Shown here piece after piece: positions 29,883-40,328 of a stretch of 64,000 nucleotides of DNA. Position 1 is the stretch's first letter. Every line of letters starts with the position of its first letter. This DNA is from Candidatus Zambryskiibacteriota bacterium (GTDB taxonomy: Bacteria > Patescibacteriota > Minisyncoccia > Phycocordibacterales > WO2-35-19). The notes beneath the pieces were generated by a model. It saw only the letters and a list, made by a program, of their open reading frames with translations, did not search any database and had not been told where the DNA came from. The stretch spans positions 40,138 to 104,137 of the forward strand of contig JASNZL010000002.1 of NCBI GenBank assembly GCA_048499675.1, written 5' to 3'. The position numbers and the translations under genes are program-made.

Positions 29883-30152
29883 TTAGCTTTTTTTGAGGCC
29901 TAACTTTTTGACTAACGAGTTGTATCTTTTTGGATCCTTTTTCTCCAAATACTTCATATGAGCTTTTCTGTCTGCAACTAGCCCCAAAAGGCCTCTTCTT
30001 GAGTGTTTATCTTTTTTATTTTTCTTTAGGTGTGTTGAAAGATCGTCTATTCTTCTTGATAGAACGGCAATTTGCACTTCAGGACTACCTGTATCTTTGT
30101 CGTGAACAGCCACATCCTTTATAATTCTTTGTTTTTTGTTTTTTGTTAACAT
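29883..30152 (-). CDS. rpsO: 30S ribosomal protein S15
   Basis: DTGSPEVQIA, KDKHSRRGLL. Confidence 0.98.
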   Translation of the reverse strand: MLTKNKKQRIIKDVAVHDKDTGSPEVQIAVLSRRIDDLSTHLKKNKKDKHSRRGLLGLVADRKAHMKYLEKKDPKRYNSLVKKLGLKKS

Positions 30153-30273
30153 ATACGAATTAACGAATTTAATAACGAATTGCTACCCGCCCGAAATACT
30201 ATCGTATATAAATGGCGGGCGGGCGAAAACTTTCACATATTAAGTATATCACAATCCCCATTTTTTAGCAAAC

Positions 30274-30373
30274 CCCGTTAGAGATTTTATTTAGATATTT
30301 AGCGGATTAACTATATTTAGAGTCATATTTCCTGCTAATAACAAAAAACGAGAGAATTTAAATCTCTAACGGG
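30274..30373. repeat. 100-bp MITE-like element with 14-bp terminal inverted repeats
   Basis: CCCGTTAGAGATTT ... AAATCTCTAACGGG. Confidence 0.6.
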
Positions 30374-30605
30374 ACAATCCAAACTTTTAATAAGCGAAGA
30401 GACTATAAAAATTAGGGAAGCTGAGGTAATCCGAAGTGTATTAATTTCCCTTATTTTGAGCCATTTTCTTTCATTTTGCTTGACTTTTATATTGAATGGG
30501 TGTATAATATATGTAGATAGGTTAACCCCTATGTACAAGCGGTTGGTAGCCCCAACCCTACTTGAAAATCACATACTGGCAACCCCAGAAGAAAGAAAAG
30601 TGAAA

Positions 30606-31475
30606 ATGCCTACCACGATTATGATCGAGAATGGTCCGAAGTTGCAGATGGAAGTTGCAGAGGATTGCGTTGTATTCGCAGGTCGCTGCATCTGCCACCA
30701 GATCAACAAAAACGCCGAGGTCATGATTCAGAAAGCGAAGGCTGCCGGAAAGACCAAAATCGTTATCGTTGGTGACTGCGACGAGCACAACGGAAGAGAA
30801 GGCGAGATGTTGCAAGTGATGTCGGCAGCCGGCATAGAGTGCAAGTGGCTCTATGAAGAGACTTGCTTCTTGCGAGAGGTAATGCCCAACTTCTCACAAA
30901 CTGGCATCCGTCGGTTTGCGGAAGCCGAGGATTTCAGAAAGTTGCGAAACTTGCTCGACAAGATCGGTCGCCGAGTGTGGGACATCAAGCAGAAAATCAA
31001 GCACGAATCCACACTCCTCGCCGAGTACCCAGTGGTCGCGCAGGTTCAAGCAATTGAATCTCACGACCACAACTTCGAGTACGCAGCGGGTGAAGGGACG
31101 ATAGTGTTCAACGCACTTTTCGGCCATCGTGCGAACACTCTTGTCTCTGAAGTGAACTCGGTCGTTTTGTTCAATCTGGAAAACAAAACCGGATTGATCG
31201 TGACCAAGTCGCAGAGGTTCGATTTCTCCTTTGCTAATCCCGATGATTTCGAACTGAACATCTTTCAAGGCAAGGGTAAGAGTCAATTGGAGAGAAAAGG
31301 GTACACACGCGAAGGCTGTGGTTCCATCCGGGTGAATGTGGGTAAGGGCTCAACCGAGCTTTCCATCTACTGCAATCCTGGCGTGTGGACTGTGAAGCCC
31401 CACCCCGAACTCGACGTTACTGACCCAGACGTTCATTACGTCCCCATGTGGAAACGCGTGGAGAAGGTCAAGTAG
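30606..31475 (+). CDS. GC-rich orphan hypothetical protein
   Basis: Long open frame, composition unlike core genes; start uncertain. Confidence 0.7.
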   Translation: MPTTIMIENGPKLQMEVAEDCVVFAGRCICHQINKNAEVMIQKAKAAGKTKIVIVGDCDEHNGREGEMLQVMSAAGIECKWLYEETCFLREVMPNFSQTGIRRFAEAEDFRKLRNLLDKIGRRVWDIKQKIKHESTLLAEYPVVAQVQAIESHDHNFEYAAGEGTIVFNALFGHRANTLVSEVNSVVLFNLENKTGLIVTKSQRFDFSFANPDDFELNIFQGKGKSQLERKGYTREGCGSIRVNVGKGSTELSIYCNPGVWTVKPHPELDVTDPDVHYVPMWKRVEKVK

Positions 31476-31638
31476 CCCGCCAGTATAAAATCCGGTGACG
31501 AGCCGGTGTCCAACTTCGGTTGGGCTTCTACCAAAGTTTTTTAAAAAGAAAATTTTGGTGGGAGTAATCACACAAGCAAGAATACTTACCGTGTGAAAAA
31601 CCAAATTGGGATAGTTCTATTTGGAAAGGAGAAAAGAC

Positions 31639-32055
31639 ATGCCGACCTGGTTGGATATGTTGAGTATTGAAATGGAGAACATGGACGCGACCAAGTTAAT
31701 CGAACCGCCTCACGAGGTGGATCCCAGCCGCGACCACGTTGTTTGCAAAGCCGAAGAAGCTCTTTGCAAGTTGTACAGCTTGGCTATGCAGTTTGAGAAA
31801 GAAGCCAACGTAGCGTTGATTAACGCTCGCTACTCCGGTAATCTCAACGAAATCAAGGATGCCCTTGAAAACGGTGCTCGGCTCATGAAGAAAGTGGAGA
31901 CCCTTCGGGAGATTTTTTGGATCTCCCTGAAGGATAACCACGATCTATGGAACAAGCCTTCCGTCGGCATCCGTCGGGGTTGGAAGGTGGTCTGGAGCGA
32001 TTCGGATCCGATGCCCGATATCCGGGACATCATCAGTGGACTTTTCGGACGCTGA
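31639..32055 (+). CDS. GC-rich orphan hypothetical protein
   Basis: SD AAAGGAG before ATG at 31639. Confidence 0.7.
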   Translation: MPTWLDMLSIEMENMDATKLIEPPHEVDPSRDHVVCKAEEALCKLYSLAMQFEKEANVALINARYSGNLNEIKDALENGARLMKKVETLREIFWISLKDNHDLWNKPSVGIRRGWKVVWSDSDPMPDIRDIISGLFGR

Positions 32056-32072
32056 CAAAAGGAGGTGATTTT

Positions 32073-32180
32073 ATGGCCGGATTCGGTTCTCGTGGTGGTC
32101 TCCGCAATGTTGGAGCATCCCGCAAGGATGTTCCGGAGCGGAAGACCTCGCCACCGACTAAGACCAAGCCCAAGTCGTAA
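32073..32180 (+). CDS. Candidate 35-aa basic microprotein
   Basis: AAAGGAGGTGA SD; MAGFGSRGGLRNVGASRKDVPERKTSPPTKTKPKS. Confidence 0.5.
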   Translation: MAGFGSRGGLRNVGASRKDVPERKTSPPTKTKPKS

Positions 32181-32266
32181 AAAATGGGTTTGATACACCA
32201 CGAAAGGAGGTGAAAAACAGACTGTTCTTCGGAACAGTCTTTTGTTTTATGTTATATTTTTAATCA

Positions 32267-32452
32267 ATGACTATACTATCTCACAAAAAAATATTTATAC
32301 TGGGAGATGGTGGTAGAGGTAAAACTACCTTTGCCAAAAAGCTATCTGAACATACAGGAATACCTTTCTACTCAACAGATGATTTTTTCTGGAAAGTTAA
32401 ATTTACTGTTCCAAACGACAGAGAAAAAAGCGTTCAAATAGATTTGGATTAG
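32267..32452 (+). pseudogene. Truncated FlaR/topology-modulation P-loop kinase
   Basis: KIFILGDGGRGKTTFAKKLS...STDDFFW, stops after 61 aa. Confidence 0.65.
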
Positions 32453-32902
32453 AATTTAAGATTTTAATCCATTCCAATATTCAACAATTTCTTTTTCTGT
32501 TTCTTCCGAAATGGGTTCTTTGCAAAATATATGTCAAACGAAGCCATAGATACCCATTTGGAAGATATTACTGATGCTATAGCTCCTGTTTCCCACAATG
32601 TACCAAATAAAATAGGTGCTAATCTAAAATAAAATTTGTTACCTATCCCAGTTCTAACATTATCCTCTAGCCCGTGGTGGGATGGTAAAAATAATCATAT
32701 TGAGAATATTAGAATATTACACAAATGTATTGATGGCGTATTATTATGTTAATAAGAAAGTCTATAGTATTTTAAAAATTTTCCAGATAGTAGTTTCCAT
32801 TGCCTGCGGCGTAGCAAGATATAAATAAAATAAAAAAGAAATAAAATTTTAAAAAAACACGCCACTTATGGCGTGTTTTTTTATTTTTAAATTTTGATAA
32901 AT

Positions 32903-33790
32903 TTAATCTCTTTTGCCAGCGTTTTTGTTTGATTGGACATAACTTACACATTGACCCTGGTTTTTAAACTCTGGGTTGTTGAAAGTCATCCAGCCACCCT
33001 TTTTACATTGTTCCATATCTGTCGGAGTACCAATTGGAGCCTCAATTAAATTAAACTCCACGGTTTCTCTTATATTTGATTCACCAGCGTCTTCTACTGG
33101 ATTATAAATGAAGCAGTACATTCCGAGTGGTAAACTAGACATATCTCCTGTAAATGAGAATGTTTGGTTTGATAAATCACTTTGATCTATAACGGCTACA
33201 TCCGAGCGACCGTCAACATTACCAAAAACTGTTCCTATTCCTGCGGCGCAGGTACCTTGTCTTACCGCCCATTGAATTGCATCAGCATCGTCATCATCAA
33301 GATAAGCTGTGAAATTTACTAATCCATAAACATCTTGCCCTGAAGTTGGAGAAGTTATTTCTGCAGTCCTTGCATAAGGAACTGGCAAAACTTCAAATCT
33401 TGTCCAGTCAAATCTTTCATCTGTTTCTGCACCATATACCATACGAACATCTATAAATTCAACTGCTGGAATTGTTTTTGTCACTGAAGAATTATTAACG
33501 CACACCTGAGTCCAACGTCCATCAGTTACGCTTGGATTTGGGTTTGGTCCTGGAACTGTGTTTGCCTCATTATCTACCCTGTACTCAAAACAACTCCAAA
33601 ATGTTCTTGTGCTAATAAATTGTAAATCGGTTGTTCCCACACCAACACTAAGCTGATTAACGTGAGCCCATCCATTAGTTCGATTAATATCATTGGTGCT
33701 CGGTGTCACCGCATTGATTTCGGCATTAACAACACCGACCACTCCAAGAACCAGTACTAAACTCGCTAAAACTAAAATTGTTTTTTTCAT
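32903..33790 (-). CDS. Secreted hypothetical protein
   Basis: Signal peptide; C-terminal CKKGGW...FKNQGQCVSY. Confidence 0.8.
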   Translation of the reverse strand: MKKTILVLASLVLVLGVVGVVNAEINAVTPSTNDINRTNGWAHVNQLSVGVGTTDLQFISTRTFWSCFEYRVDNEANTVPGPNPNPSVTDGRWTQVCVNNSSVTKTIPAVEFIDVRMVYGAETDERFDWTRFEVLPVPYARTAEITSPTSGQDVYGLVNFTAYLDDDDADAIQWAVRQGTCAAGIGTVFGNVDGRSDVAVIDQSDLSNQTFSFTGDMSSLPLGMYCFIYNPVEDAGESNIRETVEFNLIEAPIGTPTDMEQCKKGGWMTFNNPEFKNQGQCVSYVQSNKNAGKRD

Positions 33791-33957
33791 ATTTTTATAT
33801 TATTTAATTTATAATTTAGGTAATCGACCTCTTGGTAATTTTATCAAAAAAAGACAGGGGTTTCTTAAAAAAAGAATAAAAAGAAGTGAATAAACAGTGG
33901 AAAAGTCCAAAATATCATTAAAAGCAGTATTCCTATAAAAAATGCTACAATATTGTA

Positions 33958-36141
33958 ATGCAGAAACTAAGTGATTTAAAAAGGCAGTTTTTGGAATATA
34001 TAGAAATTGAGAAAGGTCGTTCGCTTTTAACTATAGAAAACTACGACAGATATTTAACTCGTTTTTTGGAATTTTTGAAAAGCGAAGAACCAAAAGATAT
34101 AAATGACAATTCTGTTAGAGAATTTCGTCTTTGGCTCAATAGACAACCGGCAAGTAAAATAAAGAAAAATGCAGACACCTTGTCTCGTAGAACACAAAAC
34201 TATTATCTAATTGCTCTTCGCGCCTTTCTCAAATATCTTGCAAGACAAGGAGTTACTTCCCTATCGCCCGAAAAGATAGAGCTTGCCAAGACCCCAGAGA
34301 GATCTCTTGACCTAATCACAGACGACGAGCTTATTCGCCTCCTCAAATCCCCTTCTGGCGACAGTTTGAAAAGTTTGCGGGACAGAGCGATGTTACACCT
34401 CCTTTTTTCTACCGGTCTTCGTGTTTCTGAACTTTGTGCTCTTGACCGCGATATAGATTTAAAAAAAGACGAGCATTCTATTCGAGGAAAAGGTGGGAAA
34501 ATAAGGGTGGTTTTCTTTTCGGATGAAGCCAAGAAAGCTTTAAACGATTATTTAGAAAAAAGAAAAGACCTAAACGATGCAATGTTTATCCAACTTTCAA
34601 AAAATTTAAAACCAAATGCAAAAGGCGAAGATATGCGAATAAACAAACGCAGTGTCGCAAGAATTGTAAAACAATACGCCATCAAAGCCGGAATTTCCAA
34701 AAAAGTAACCCCGCATACACTAAGACATTGTCTCCACCCAGATACACTTATTCATTTGCCTTACACCATAACAAGCGCAAGGGAACTATATTTGTCCAAC
34801 ACAAAAAGAATAACATCGGTAGACCTTAATGTTGGGAAAACCGTAAAATCAAACATAATTCAAAAGAGAAAATATAAATCACTTGATATGATTTCTCTTT
34901 CTGCTAATGGTTATCAAATTTCTGTTACTCCAGACCACAAATTTTTTACTCTTGGAACAGATGGAATAGTGGAAATTAATGCAAGAGATATAAAGAAAAA
35001 TCAATTCATTGCTGGTGTTAAGAAAATAACAATGAATAGTTCAAAAAAATCAAGAAGTAAAAACAATTGGAGAATAATTGGTTATATTTTGGAGGATGGA
35101 ACAATAAGTGAGAAGAGGCGGGGGGTCATAATTTCTGATAAGAATCCAACTTTTATAGAATTTTATAAAGATTTAATTACTTCAGAATATAAACATAAAC
35201 CAACAATAAAAAAAATAGAAGGCGCAAATAATGTTATTTTAAATTTTTATTCAAAACAATTTGTTACTTATTTGAGAAAAATAGGAATAACAGAGAAATC
35301 ACCTCTCAGAAGAGTTCCTAAAATTTTATTCTCCCAAAGCAAAGAAGTTATAGCAGAATTTTTGGCTGGATATTACGACGCTGAAGGAAATGAGGGTAAT
35401 TCTATTAAATTTTTCTCTTCAAGTGAAATGCTTTTGCGAGATATTCAAATGTTATTATTAACTTTCGGGATTGATTCTCATTTATATAAAAGATTGAGGA
35501 GAGTAAAACTACCAAAAGGAAAAATTATAAGCCACAAAATGTTATATCTACAAATATTACACAAACCAGATCAGGAACTTTTTATTAAGATTGTTCCCAC
35601 CCTAAAAAAATTAAAAGCAAAAAGCTTTTTTGCAGGGGATAAAATTCCAGTCAGAAATATGTTAAAAGACATATATATAAATCTACCAAAAAAATGGCAC
35701 AATTTTGCTCAATATCTAAAAATAGATGGGAAAATTGATATATATAGATATGTTGGTAACACAACCAAAACAGTCCCCACAAAGAAAGTTTTGGAAAAGA
35801 TAATCAAATATTTTAGAGATGCTAAATGTAATGACCCGAGATTAGATTTTATGCAAAAACTCATTGATTCTGATATTCAGTGGCTTAGGGTTCAAAAAGT
35901 TGAAAGGTGTAAATATAATGGACCAGTATATGATTTCGCTGTAAATAAATATGAGAATTTAATAACAAACGGTTTTTTGTCGCACAACTGTTTTGCGACT
36001 GACCTTTTAAGCAATGGTGCTGATCTTCGCTCCGTTCAAGCTCTACTCGGCCACGCAAATATAGGCACAACTCAAGTTTACACCCATGTCACAGACCGCC
36101 ACCTCCGCGACATCCACAAAAAATTCCATAACAAAAAGTAA
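33958..36141 (+). CDS. XerC/XerD-family tyrosine recombinase containing an intein
   Basis: [21 protein letters not shown]|intein|[22 protein letters not shown]; 307-aa extein. Confidence 0.93.
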   Translation: MQKLSDLKRQFLEYIEIEKGRSLLTIENYDRYLTRFLEFLKSEEPKDINDNSVREFRLWLNRQPASKIKKNADTLSRRTQNYYLIALRAFLKYLARQGVTSLSPEKIELAKTPERSLDLITDDELIRLLKSPSGDSLKSLRDRAMLHLLFSTGLRVSELCALDRDIDLKKDEHSIRGKGGKIRVVFFSDEAKKALNDYLEKRKDLNDAMFIQLSKNLKPNAKGEDMRINKRSVARIVKQYAIKAGISKKVTPHTLRHCLHPDTLIHLPYTITSARELYLSNTKRITSVDLNVGKTVKSNIIQKRKYKSLDMISLSANGYQISVTPDHKFFTLGTDGIVEINARDIKKNQFIAGVKKITMNSSKKSRSKNNWRIIGYILEDGTISEKRRGVIISDKNPTFIEFYKDLITSEYKHKPTIKKIEGANNVILNFYSKQFVTYLRKIGITEKSPLRRVPKILFSQSKEVIAEFLAGYYDAEGNEGNSIKFFSSSEMLLRDIQMLLLTFGIDSHLYKRLRRVKLPKGKIISHKMLYLQILHKPDQELFIKIVPTLKKLKAKSFFAGDKIPVRNMLKDIYINLPKKWHNFAQYLKIDGKIDIYRYVGNTTKTVPTKKVLEKIIKYFRDAKCNDPRLDFMQKLIDSDIQWLRVQKVERCKYNGPVYDFAVNKYENLITNGFLSHNCFATDLLSNGADLRSVQALLGHANIGTTQVYTHVTDRHLRDIHKKFHNKK
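34729..35988 (+). mobile_element. Intein (420 aa) with LAGLIDADG endonuclease domain
   Basis: CLHPDT start, VTPDHKF block [10 protein letters not shown] and [16 protein letters not shown]...SHN followed by Cys. Confidence 0.93.
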
Positions 36142-36179
36142 AGACAACTTTTTTTATGTGCTAAAATAATTTTATGAAT

Positions 36180-36251
36180 CCGGTAGTGAATTTTGGCAAT
36201 AATTCCTACGGAATTGGTTAATTAATTAACATTGCCAAAATCTACTACTGG
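36180..36251. repeat. GTAG-type REP-like hairpin, copy 2
   Basis: Same arms as 8620 and 55480; abuts ATG at 36252. Confidence 0.85.
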
Positions 36252-37256
36252 ATGAAAAACGAACACAACAAATTACAAAGTATTGTCATTTATAAAGACA
36301 AGAAAGGTAATGTTGAACTAAAAACCGATATTCAAAAAGAAACAATTTGGGCAACTCAGGACCAGATTGCTTTTCTTTTTGGTACAAAAAGGCCGGCAAT
36401 TACAAAGCACTTACAAAACATCTTTAAATCAAACGAATTAAATAAGAATTCAGTTAGTTCCATTTTGGAACATACTGCAAGCGACGGAAAGAAATACAAA
36501 ACCCAATTCTACAACTTGGACGCGATGATTGCTGTTGGATATAGAGTAAACTCAAAAAGAGCTACTCAATTTCGTATCTGGGCAACCAAAACGTTGAGAG
36601 ATTACATAATCAAAGGTGTTGCTATAAATACCGAAAGAATAAAAAAATTGCATGAAGCAGGACTCAAAGATTTGCAAAACAAAATTGAATTTATTCAAAA
36701 CACTATTCAAAAAAGAGAACTGGATAAAGACGAGATCCAGAGTCTTTTGTCTGTCATAAAGGATTATGCAAACTCCTGGACCACTCTCAAAGAATATGAC
36801 GAGGGTGATATTGTAATCAAAAAAAGCAAAAACAAAGAGAGAAAAATTTTTGATTATGAATTTGCCCGTAAAGCAATCGATGAATTAAAAATAAACCTTG
36901 TTAACAAAAAAGAAGCGGGTGATTTGTTTGGTAACGAAAGAGATGAAACATTCAAAGGCATTCTAAAAACAATTTATCAAACATTTGACAGCAAAGAGCT
37001 ATACGCGAGCTTAGAAGAAAAAGCTTCTCATTTGTTGTATTTTATAATCAAAGACCATCCGTTTTCTGATGGAAACAAAAGGGTTGGTTCTCTTTTGTTC
37101 ATTTTATTTCTAGAAAGAAATAATATTTTACTTAGAAAAAATGGGGAAAGAAAAATAAACGACAATACTCTTGTTGCCCTTGCCCTCTTGGTTGCCGAAA
37201 GCAATCCTAATGAAAAAGAAACAATGACTGCTTTAATTACAAACCTTTTGATTTAA
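36252..37256 (+). CDS. RhuM-family protein with C-terminal Fic/Doc domain
   Basis: VGYRVNSKRATQFRIWA; HPFSDGNKR. Confidence 0.92.
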   Translation: MKNEHNKLQSIVIYKDKKGNVELKTDIQKETIWATQDQIAFLFGTKRPAITKHLQNIFKSNELNKNSVSSILEHTASDGKKYKTQFYNLDAMIAVGYRVNSKRATQFRIWATKTLRDYIIKGVAINTERIKKLHEAGLKDLQNKIEFIQNTIQKRELDKDEIQSLLSVIKDYANSWTTLKEYDEGDIVIKKSKNKERKIFDYEFARKAIDELKINLVNKKEAGDLFGNERDETFKGILKTIYQTFDSKELYASLEEKASHLLYFIIKDHPFSDGNKRVGSLLFILFLERNNILLRKNGERKINDNTLVALALLVAESNPNEKETMTALITNLLI

Positions 37257-37403
37257 AAAATTAAAACAAAAAGGCGCCAGAACTTGTCTGACGCCACCCA
37301 CTGTTATTTTTTAGTGGGTTTTGGTTTGGGAGCAGGCTTTTCCTGCTCCCGTGTCCAGTAAGGCTTTCCGCGCCCACTGGAGCCAGAATTGGCGTATGGC
37401 ATC

Positions 37404-37790
37404 CTATTCACCCCCTTTCTTTTCAAGCTTTACCAAGGTTCCTGCACCATCATTGAACCTTGCTAGAACCCTGCTTTTGAGAAGTTTTATAACCTCTTCG
37501 TTTATTTTTGTGTTGCAATCCAAGACACGATCTTCGTCCAGGTAAAGAATTTCCCGAACAAGCTTCTCGGGAAGTTCGAGGTTCTTCTCAAACACCTCAA
37601 AGAATTTCCCCTTTAAATCCTTTTGCCAACTTGAGCTCTGGCACTGGAGGCAGTAATCCAATTTGACTCCCAGCTCCTGCAACTCAACCAGAGTTCTCTG
37701 GACTCGAAAGAAATCGTCCGCGGAAACTTCCTCGAAAACTGCCTCGAGAGCGAAGAAACCAATACCTTCAAGACTGAGAGCGATTCCCAT
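37404..37790 (-). CDS. GC-rich orphan hypothetical protein
   Basis: SD AAAGGAG before ATG at 37790. Confidence 0.6.
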   Translation of the reverse strand: MGIALSLEGIGFFALEAVFEEVSADDFFRVQRTLVELQELGVKLDYCLQCQSSSWQKDLKGKFFEVFEKNLELPEKLVREILYLDEDRVLDCNTKINEEVIKLLKSRVLARFNDGAGTLVKLEKKGGE

Positions 37791-38216
37791 ATTATCTCCT
37801 TTTCTCAAAGAACTTAGGGATTTCTCCCTAGTAAAATTCGTTTTGTTTACGGATCTTGCTAGGGAGGGCGATTGCTTTTAGGTAATCGCCCTATCTTGCG
37901 ATGATTCCTCAGGGAGAGTCAATCAACATACTGACCCTGTACCCCCTTGGCTTTTGCTATTCGCTCGGCTTCCGCACTAGGTCCTCGAGCAGTTTGTTGG
38001 GTTTGGCTTTTTCCCCTTCGCTCAACAAACCATGTTTAGCCGCAGACTCCGTCCGCCACCTGCAACCGCATCGCAAACGGAAGGCAAATTCGTCAAAGAA
38101 CTTTGTTTTACTTCTGTATCCATTATAGCAAATTTAATGTAAATAGTCAAGCACTATATCTAAACTTTAAACTAAATAAACCTTTATTTACAATGGTTTT
38201 TTGTTATATACAAGAT

Positions 38217-38239
38217 AATAGTCAAAAATATTGACTATT
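38217..38239. promoter_or_regulatory. Palindromic operator upstream of TrmB-like gene
   Basis: AATAGTCAA-AAATA-TTGACTATT overlapping TTGACT; TATAAT downstream. Confidence 0.55.
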
Positions 38240-38264
38240 TTTACGCTCTTGATATAATATAACT

Positions 38265-38996
38265 ATGATCAAAATTAAAGAAGCTTTAAAGAATTTGGGA
38301 CTTAACGAAAAGCAAACAATTGTATATTTAAGTTTACTTCAGCTTGGAAATACCACTGCATATAAAATTGCTCAAAAGAGTGGCCTTAAAAGGCCGACCG
38401 TATATGTGGTTATGGAAGAATTAAGACAAAAGGGTCTTGTTTTGAAAATTCCCTACCCCAAAAAACAAATATATGGTGCAAAATCTCCCGAGGAATTAAT
38501 AATTGAGTCTGAAAGTAAAATAAGTGCCATTAGAAATATGTTGCCAGAACTCATGGCTTTGATGAGGAACGATGACAAACCAAGTGTTATGTATTTTGAA
38601 GGACTAGATGGCATAAAGGAAATACTAAACTTTGGATTGAATAAGTTAGAAAACAGTGAGCTTGTAGGTTTCAATGCTCATGCTGACGGGACAGATGAAA
38701 GAATGGTAAGCATTTTTGATGAGTATAACAACATATTAAAAAGAAAAAATGTAAAAATCAGAGGAATCGTTCCAGAGCACTTAAGTTTGAAGCAATACCG
38801 AGAGGAAGATGAAATATTCAACAGAAAAATGAAAACTGTTGCCTTTGATAAATATTCCTCCAATGTTTCAATTGATATTGGATCAGATTTTGTAAAAATC
38901 TTAATGTTTAGTACATTGCAAGGGGTGATTATCGAAGATAAAAATTTGGCTATGGCAATGAAACAAATATTCGAAATGCAGTGGGATAGTATTTAG
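38265..38996 (+). CDS. TrmB-family transcriptional regulator
   Basis: LGLNEKQTIVYLSLL...SGLKRPTVY; PSVMYFEGLDGI. Confidence 0.9.
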   Translation: MIKIKEALKNLGLNEKQTIVYLSLLQLGNTTAYKIAQKSGLKRPTVYVVMEELRQKGLVLKIPYPKKQIYGAKSPEELIIESESKISAIRNMLPELMALMRNDDKPSVMYFEGLDGIKEILNFGLNKLENSELVGFNAHADGTDERMVSIFDEYNNILKRKNVKIRGIVPEHLSLKQYREEDEIFNRKMKTVAFDKYSSNVSIDIGSDFVKILMFSTLQGVIIEDKNLAMAMKQIFEMQWDSI

Positions 38997-39010
38997 GTTA
39001 AGATATAAAT

Positions 39011-39823
39011 ATGAAAATCATAAGCTGGAACGTAAATGGACTAAGGGCGGTGCACAAGAAGGGGCTTTTTATGCCTTTTGTAGATAAATACAAGCCAGAT
39101 ATTATTTGTTTGCAAGAAATAAAGTCGCAAAAGGACCAAAACGAGCTTGACCTGAAAGATTATGAAGAATTTTGGAATCCGGCAGAAAGAAAAGGTTATA
39201 GTGGCACCGCCATTTTTGTTAAGAAAGACAAGAATTTAAAAGTATTAAGCACCACCCTTGGCTTCCCTCAAAAAATTGTCAAAAAATATGATTTGGAAAA
39301 TGATGGTTACGGGGACTTAAACAAAGAAGGTAGAATAATTACAGCTGAATTTAATGATTTTTACTTGGTAAACTGTTACACCCCCAACTCAAAGGAGGAT
39401 TTAAGTAGGTTGGATTTAAGATTTAAGAAGTGGGACCCTGCTTTTTTGGAACATGTTAAAAATCTGGCTAAGTTAAAAAATGTCATTTTTTGTGGCGATT
39501 TAAATGTCGCTCACACTGAAGACGATTTGGCTAATCCAAAACCAAATATAGGAAAACATGGCTTTACAAAAGAAGAAAGAGAAGGAGTAGATAAAATAAT
39601 ACAAAACGGCTTTGTTGACACCTTTAGAATATTTACACAAGGCAAAGGCCACTACACTTGGTGGACCCATTTTGCGAACGCCAGAGCAAGAAATGTTGGC
39701 TGGAGAATAGATTATTTCTTTGCAAACAAAAAGCTTGTCAAAAAAATCAAAACATCGAGCATTTTGCCTAATGTTTTGGGTTCGGACCACTGCCCCGTTC
39801 TCTTGGAAGTTGATAGTTTTTAG
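39011..39823 (+). CDS. xth: Exodeoxyribonuclease III
   Basis: SWNVNGLRA, LQEIK, CGDLNVAH, GWRIDY, SDHCP. Confidence 0.97.
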   Translation: MKIISWNVNGLRAVHKKGLFMPFVDKYKPDIICLQEIKSQKDQNELDLKDYEEFWNPAERKGYSGTAIFVKKDKNLKVLSTTLGFPQKIVKKYDLENDGYGDLNKEGRIITAEFNDFYLVNCYTPNSKEDLSRLDLRFKKWDPAFLEHVKNLAKLKNVIFCGDLNVAHTEDDLANPKPNIGKHGFTKEEREGVDKIIQNGFVDTFRIFTQGKGHYTWWTHFANARARNVGWRIDYFFANKKLVKKIKTSSILPNVLGSDHCPVLLEVDSF

Positions 39824-40328
39824 ATATTAGTTGTTAGTAAAAGATTTTGTTTTTACTAAAAACTAAAACCTAATACCTGTAATCTATTTAGACATAAAAA
39901 AAAACCACCAAGATGCGGTGGAGGGTTTCGCACAACAAGGTGGTTTCTAAAATATCCCTATATGAAGGGAAAAGAACATACTGCCCAGCCCTAATTTTAT
40001 ATCCAAAACTTTAGGTACAAAATTAGAGCCGGGAGCAAAAGATAAACTCAGTCAAATAGCGCCATTATAGAAATGAGTCTTATATCTCAAAAATAAATAC
40101 ACAAAAATGAAGATATGTATAACTCTCTTTTCTATTATTAACCAAGCTTTCTTTTATTTCGTCCGTCGACGAATAATAACAAAGAACTAATTGCCAATGA
40201 TAAGATGAGTTGTCTTTTTAAAATATTGGCTATGTCTGATATATATTTTATGTCCTTTACAAACAATGTAAAGGACATACTGTGGACAATTAATAAGTCA
40301 CAAGGACAATTACTAAAATGTCTTTTTA

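Noticed and set aside
32455-32760. Minus-strand gene fragment (...KEPISEETEKEIVEYWNGLKS)
   Set aside because: No continuous frame or recognisable family; too weak to call.
33958-37256. Prophage or integron around the tyrosine recombinase
   Set aside because: Looks like a chromosomal Xer; no IntI-specific insertion, attC array or phage genes seen.
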